From Paragordius varius (taxonomy: Eukaryota > Animalia > Nematomorpha), in contig OZ176057.1 in NCBI GenBank assembly GCA_964247055.1, forward strand, positions 5,766,001 to 5,830,000: a stretch of DNA of 64,000 nucleotides, given 5' to 3'. Below, piece by piece: positions 58,700 through 64,000 of the stretch. Numbering within the stretch: the first letter of the stretch is position 1; each line of letters starts with the position of its first letter. Both the position numbers and the translations under genes were made by a program. Below the pieces are notes generated by a model. The model saw nothing but the letters and a program-made list of their open reading frames with translations, ran no database searches and was not told the origin of the DNA.

Positions 58700-60945
58700 T
58701 TATTTATTGATTGTGTAGTAAAAACTTATATCATTCATAGGTCCACCCGGTGTTGGTTTCGTTGACAGGAGTCGATGTAAAAAAGTCTTGAGTTCAATAT
58801 GCGCTTTTTCATTGGATAAATTCTGCTTTTGATCCTGCTGAGAAGACGCTAAACTCTTTAATAAAGTTAAAAATGGCAAAATATCTGAAGTAAGTTTTTG
58901 TTGAGGTTGATGATGATAATATTGCGGCTGTTGGTTTTGATGATTTGGTTTTTGTAACATAAGGGACAAAAGAGTCAATAAGACCATGCTAAAATTGCAA
59001 GAGTAAAATAAAATTTTAAAGACAAAAATTTGAAAGACAAAACATGGTATTAAATGACAAAACCATAATTCCATATATATATACCATTTACAGTTCAAAT
59101 TCACCCTTGAACAATTCAAATTCACCCTTAAACAATTCAAATTCACCCTAAAAATAAATTATGTGTTTACGAATTAATATAACTCATTACACTGGACAAC
59201 AAATTTTTCTGCCACTCGAGTTTTTAGAATTTTCTGATATTTAATATCATTTTAACAGTAAATCTGAAATAAAAATTATAACTCGTTGGAAGAATTTTGT
59301 ATAATTTGATTTTTTTGATTATGCGCCCTCTTTATCAAAATTTTACTAAAAAATATTTTTCTTTGAAAATATACAAGTAATGCCCATTTGTTATATATCA
59401 TTCGAAAGAGTAATAAAAACTCTATAAAATGCATACTAATATGTATTACATCGACAGTTAATATTGGACACAAAGAGCTACAAACGCGCGAAGCGAGAGC
59501 ATTTTTTTTAATTATTATATTTTTAAAATTAATGGATGAAAATAGCTCAAACTTTGTTTAGATGGTGATGAATGTTGATAAAAGATAACACAATAAAGTT
59601 TTTTTGATTAAAACATTTTATTATTGCTTTTATGTCGCTCAAAACAGCCATTTTTTAAGTTTTTTGTTTTTTAAAAATTACCATTTCATCAATATTAATT
59701 TATTTTCTTTACAAGGCTGATAATTTCGAAATTTTAAAGATAAAAACATTTAAGGTATTTTTGATCTTTTATAGCCATTATGTAATAAATTTACAGTTAT
59801 AAATAGGCATTTTAGTATCCACTAGGTAAAATATTTATGATAATAATAATTTTTATTAAAAAAGCAAACTAAAAGCTTTTTCAACCTTTTTTTTAAATAA
59901 ATACTAATATAACCCTAATAATTATATTAAAATAATTTATATGATTCAAATTAGTTTGTCTGTAAAAATTATTGACTTATTTAAGGTTTGAAAATTTCGA
60001 CCATTTAAATCCAAATAACTTTTACATCCGATTGATTTAAATGACTTACTACCATTTAAAAGATGTTTTTTGCGCTCTTTCGAATGATATAAAATACATG
60101 GCTTCATATCTAAAACTTTTAATTTTTTAAATTTCGAGTTTAATGTTAAATCGGGGCCAAAAATTTAAACTCTAATATAAAACAATTTTTCCATGCTAGA
60201 CCAATTTTCTTTTCAGATATTCTAATTATGTACTTTAATGAAATAAATTTTAAATTTACAAGAATGGCAGTTAAAAAAAGTTAAAATTTATTGTCTAGTG
60301 TTATTAATATAAAATATATCTTTATGGCATAATTAATTATTTTTTTCAGTATTATTTTAATTTAAAACAAAATTTTATTTTCTAAAAATATATTAAAATA
60401 TTGGTAATTTTTAATCTTAAAAAACATGTTATTTATTTGAGGGTGAATTTGAATTGTTCAAGGGTGAATTTAAATTGTTTAAGGGTGAATTTGAACTGTA
60501 AATGGTATATATCTAAGTGGATTTGAATCTAACTTACTTTGCGTTTTGAATTGTAAATAAAAGTAATGAAGAGATACTACCCAGTGTGAGTAAGTATATA
60601 TATATTGTTGGAAAGTTATAAATTATTGCCAAACAAATTGCAAGAGTAAAAATTAAAATTATAAAGATAAAAATTTGAAACACAACCAAAATCTACAAAA
60701 ACACCACCCTAGAATTAAATATAAATTTGCGCTTTGTTGTACATAAAAGTCTTGAAGAGATACTACCCAATGTGAGTAAGTATATATATATTGTTGGAAA
60801 GTTATATATTATTGCCAAACAAATTGCAAGAGTAAAAATTTAAAAGATAATCTACAAAAAAACCACCCTAGCATTAAATATAACTTTGCGTTTTTTGAGT
60901 TGCTAAAAAATATGTAATGAAGAGATACTACCCAGTGTGAGTAAG

Positions 60946-60979
<34 letters not shown>

Positions 60980-61718
60980 GAAAGTTATAAATTATTGCCA
61001 AATATAGCTTTAGAATATGCAGAAAAGAGAATTATTATTGGTCAATAATGTTAAAAAGTGAAAAAAAAACTACGAGCCAATAAAACTGCCCCCTTTTTTG
61101 TATATGCTATTTGGAGGCAATAATTAATAACTTTCAGCAATATGTATATATACTTATTCATACTGTAAATTGTTCACTGCATACATTATTATAGATTGCG
61201 TAGGGGGGAGGGGGGTATATTTAAAAATAAAGTTTAAGTTGGTTGTTTTTATAATTAAAAATATTTGTTTAGTTGTACTGCATAGTTTTAACATTCGGAA
61301 CATTTATAGACAAAGAAAATTTATGTTAATTCCAGGTAACGTTCCAGGATTATAATTGCGCGATTCACCAAAAAAATTTCATTTTTGCGGAAAAAAATAA
61401 TAAAATTAATTACGGGTCCATATCGAATTGATGCCGTTCTTTAGGACGACTACCTACAAAACAGCATATGTGAACAAAATGATTAAATTTTTATGAAAGT
61501 AAAAAAATTTAAATAAAATAAAAAAATTGATATACGCCTAGGGGGTGGGCAATAATCCATATATCCTTGACAACACAAATCACATGGTTGAGGTTCTGTA
61601 ATGTAGAAAAAATATTCTTTTTCAAATAACTTTTTAGAGAACAAATGATGATTTTTTAATAAAAAGTATAGAAAAAAGTAAGTTTACCTGGGCAATCATC
61701 TAAAATAAGTAATTCCAT
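58700..61718 (-). CDS. Small orphan protein (about 139 aa) with an N-terminal Cys/Pro cluster and a Gln-rich body
   Basis: Exons 61718-61688, 61595-61536, 61453-61414, 58988-58700 (420 nt, phases consistent). Translation: MELLILDDCPEPQPCDLCCQGYMDYCPPPRRSRPKERHQFDMDPMVLLTLLSLMLQKPNHQ...TINK*. The start codon and last exon end are uncertain. Confidence 0.55.
59190..60300. mobile_element. 1.1-kb non-autonomous CMC-type (CACTA/Chapaev-like) element nested inside a family B MITE (59084-60505)
   Basis: TIRs CACTGGACAACAAATTTT / AAAATTTATTGTCTAGTG and a 3-bp TSD TTA (59187-59189, 60301-60303). Removing the element restores the B core AATATAACTCATTATTAATATAAAATATATCTTTATGGCAT. Confidence 0.85.
60568..61165. 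repeat. Triplicated left arm of a family C MITE plus flank (periods 186 and 165 bp)
   Basis: GAAGAGATACTACCCA(G/A)TGTGAGTAAGTATATATAT..TTGTTGGAAAGTTATA at 60568, 60754 and 60919. Only the last copy continues to the right TIR at 61165. Confidence 0.85.
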
Positions 61719-62391
61719 AAATTTTGTTGTAAATTAAGGTATTTAAATCAATTTCTAGCCTTTGAACTTAATTACCTTTTTTCGTAGAAGATTTTGTGGT
61801 ATTTTATATCTTACAGGTTAAACTTTTATATAAATTTTAAATAAACCACTGATATACGGACAAAACGTAAAAATATAAAGACAAATATTTTGTTCAAAAG
61901 ACAACCATACTTGTTCTAACCTTAATTTTTCCTATATTAAATATTTATAACAACTTTGAAATATGTAATTGGTTGTGTTACTAATATACATAATTATTTC
62001 ATAATTTGCACTTTATAATGTGTTTTTATTTAAATTAATCAAGAAGATTTATAAAGTATGGTTGTCTTTTAGAAAAAAATTTGTCTTTATATTTTTACGT
62101 TTTGGACCTATATCAATTTTTACCGTAAATAAACCACTTATATGAAAGTTTAAGTTTAAATTTAGTTATCAAACCCTGTTCTCACGCTTTATAAAACACA
62201 CTCATATTTTTTGCTTTTCTAACTCGGAATTGAAAAGAACAGCTCATATTATAATGAACATTGTCAAATATTTGCTGCTAAAATTTATAAGTCTTCCATA
62301 TTTAAATATTTTTGTTTTTAACCATATAAATTACTTGCCTGTTGTCTTAACAATTTAACAATTAAAAAAAATGGCACTTAAAAAGTGTTAA

Positions 62392-62957
62392 CACTTGGAT
62401 ACAACACATTCATTTTGTCCTTCGATTTAAACTGGGGTAGTTGGATACCCCAGGCCTCTTTAAAGTTGAATATTTTAAAAAAATATGGAATGAATTGAGA
62501 CCTTGGCAAAAATTTGCACTTTTATAACATTAATGAACCGAAATATCTAAAAATTTTCGTTCATAAATACCTGATATTAATTATTTTTGGTTAAAACCTC
62601 AAGGTAAAAATTTAGTACATGACATGTGTGTATTAGCTAAAATTGAAAATAATACAAAATAAACCATGTTTTCATTTTTTTATCAATGTTAGATGAATTA
62701 AATAAAAAATTAGCTTTAAAATCAAATAAACGCGATATTTTGCAAAAATGTTGTAGAATAAAAATGGCGTCGAAGTAGTTTGATATGGTTTTTTTTTCAA
62801 AGCCAAATTTTATTTAGATATTTCTGTTTATTTATATAATTTTGATTAGGATAGAAGCATAAATTTAAATTAGGACCATTTCTTTCAGTAGTTTTTTTAA
62901 AAATATATATTTAAATATAGTCTGGCGTATTTAGATACCGCAATTTGAATCGAAGTG
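62392..62957 (-). mobile_element. Family E copy (inverted orientation)
   Basis: TTAA|CACTTGGATACAACAC ... TTTGAATCGAAGTG|TTAA. Confidence 0.85.
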
Positions 62958-63405
62958 TTAAATAAGGATTTTTACAATTGTGTAAATCATACACTTAAAA
63001 AACTAAAGAATATATATATATATATAAATTTGAACCAATTTGATTTTTAATATATTTAATTTTACTTGGCGAGATGTAAAACCACCCCAAAAAGTTAATT
63101 AACTACCAAAGAATATACTGCATATTCCAAAAACACACATAAAATGTTATATCTAAAAAACACAAATTATATTACTTTTTAGAAAGTAACCACAAAAAAA
63201 TTTGTTTATTTTATTTTTTAAAAATTATATAATTTTATAAAAATATTTAGCATTTAAAGCAAATATAGAAGCCCTCTAAAATGTTATAAAGCCAAAGAAA
63301 TTCTGTTATCAATAAGCATATTAATGTTAAATATTAAAAAATGAATGCGTACGCTTACATATTTTTCACATATCATTTTTTTTAATTTATCTAAAAGTTT
63401 GCTTT

Positions 63406-63451
<46 letters not shown>

Positions 63452-64000
63452 ATAGAAACGCATGGTGAATTAAATTTGTATTAATTAATATTTTATTATT
63501 ATTCTGAAATCAAAATATTGTAATTACCACAGCTTGGAAAATCTAATATATATATATATATATGGCATTTGAAAATTTGAATTACAGTAAAAATTGAAAT
63601 TATACGGATACAAAAAACGTAAAAATAAAAATACAAATGTTATTCAAAATACAAATGTTTATTTTTTTTAAGTATTACTGATTGTTTTAAAAACTGCAAA
63701 TTATAAAATAGTGAAACAATCAATTATGCCTTAAATGATTTTTATCAATTGATTTTTATAGGATAAATTAGGGTTTAAAAAGTAGGTTGTCCCTTAAAAA
63801 AAATTTGTCTTTTTATTTTTACGTGTCTCCGTATAATTTCAATTTTTAGCGTAATTAAAAATGTTATGAAATATTTTAAGATAAACAAATTTAAGAGTGT
63901 CGGATTGAAAAAATATATAAAACTATAGACTTACAGTAACAACCTAAATGCAAAAACATTTTATTTATTATATATGCATTAAATTTCACCCTTAAACGAT

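Noticed and set aside
61776-61815. Candidate extra upstream exon for the Cys-rich gene (donor at about 61775)
   Set aside because: The frame needed for a phase-1 join contains a TAA, and the other frames hit stops downstream. At most it is a 5'UTR exon.

Overview
Extremely AT-rich, intron-containing eukaryotic DNA, probably an invertebrate animal; the species cannot be determined from the window. All gene models were built by hand from GT-AG sites and phase continuity and have no transcript support. Four genes are supported. (1) The 3' end of a + strand gene (3-560). (2) A 19-exon minus-strand gene (29919->3322, 1472 aa). It encodes an extended-SDR (dihydroflavonol/aldehyde-reductase-like) fold with a degenerate cofactor motif (GATDYLG), a lost catalytic YxxxK (LIKAM), low-complexity insertions, and a tail of about 700 aa built from symmetric phase-1 exons. 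(3) A complete 6-exon Rac GTPase (47692->42698, 192 aa). (4) A small 4-exon Cys/Pro/Gln-rich orphan gene (61718->58700). Non-coding DNA is saturated with MITEs: three TA-flanked CAGT-ended Tc1-like families, a foldback family carrying a 21-bp subrepeat, a TTAA-flanked piggyBac-like family with a self-nested insertion, and a 1.1-kb CAC-ended CMC-type element with a TTA TSD. The most unusual signal is at the Rac locus. It is MITE-free but has been expanded by diverged tandem duplications that copy exon halves with their splice sites: two extra 5' halves and four extra 3' halves of exon 5, several CAAX-stop copies, and a doubled 5'UTR donor. Similar ~105-290 bp duplications anchored on exon boundaries or MITE ends recur across the window.
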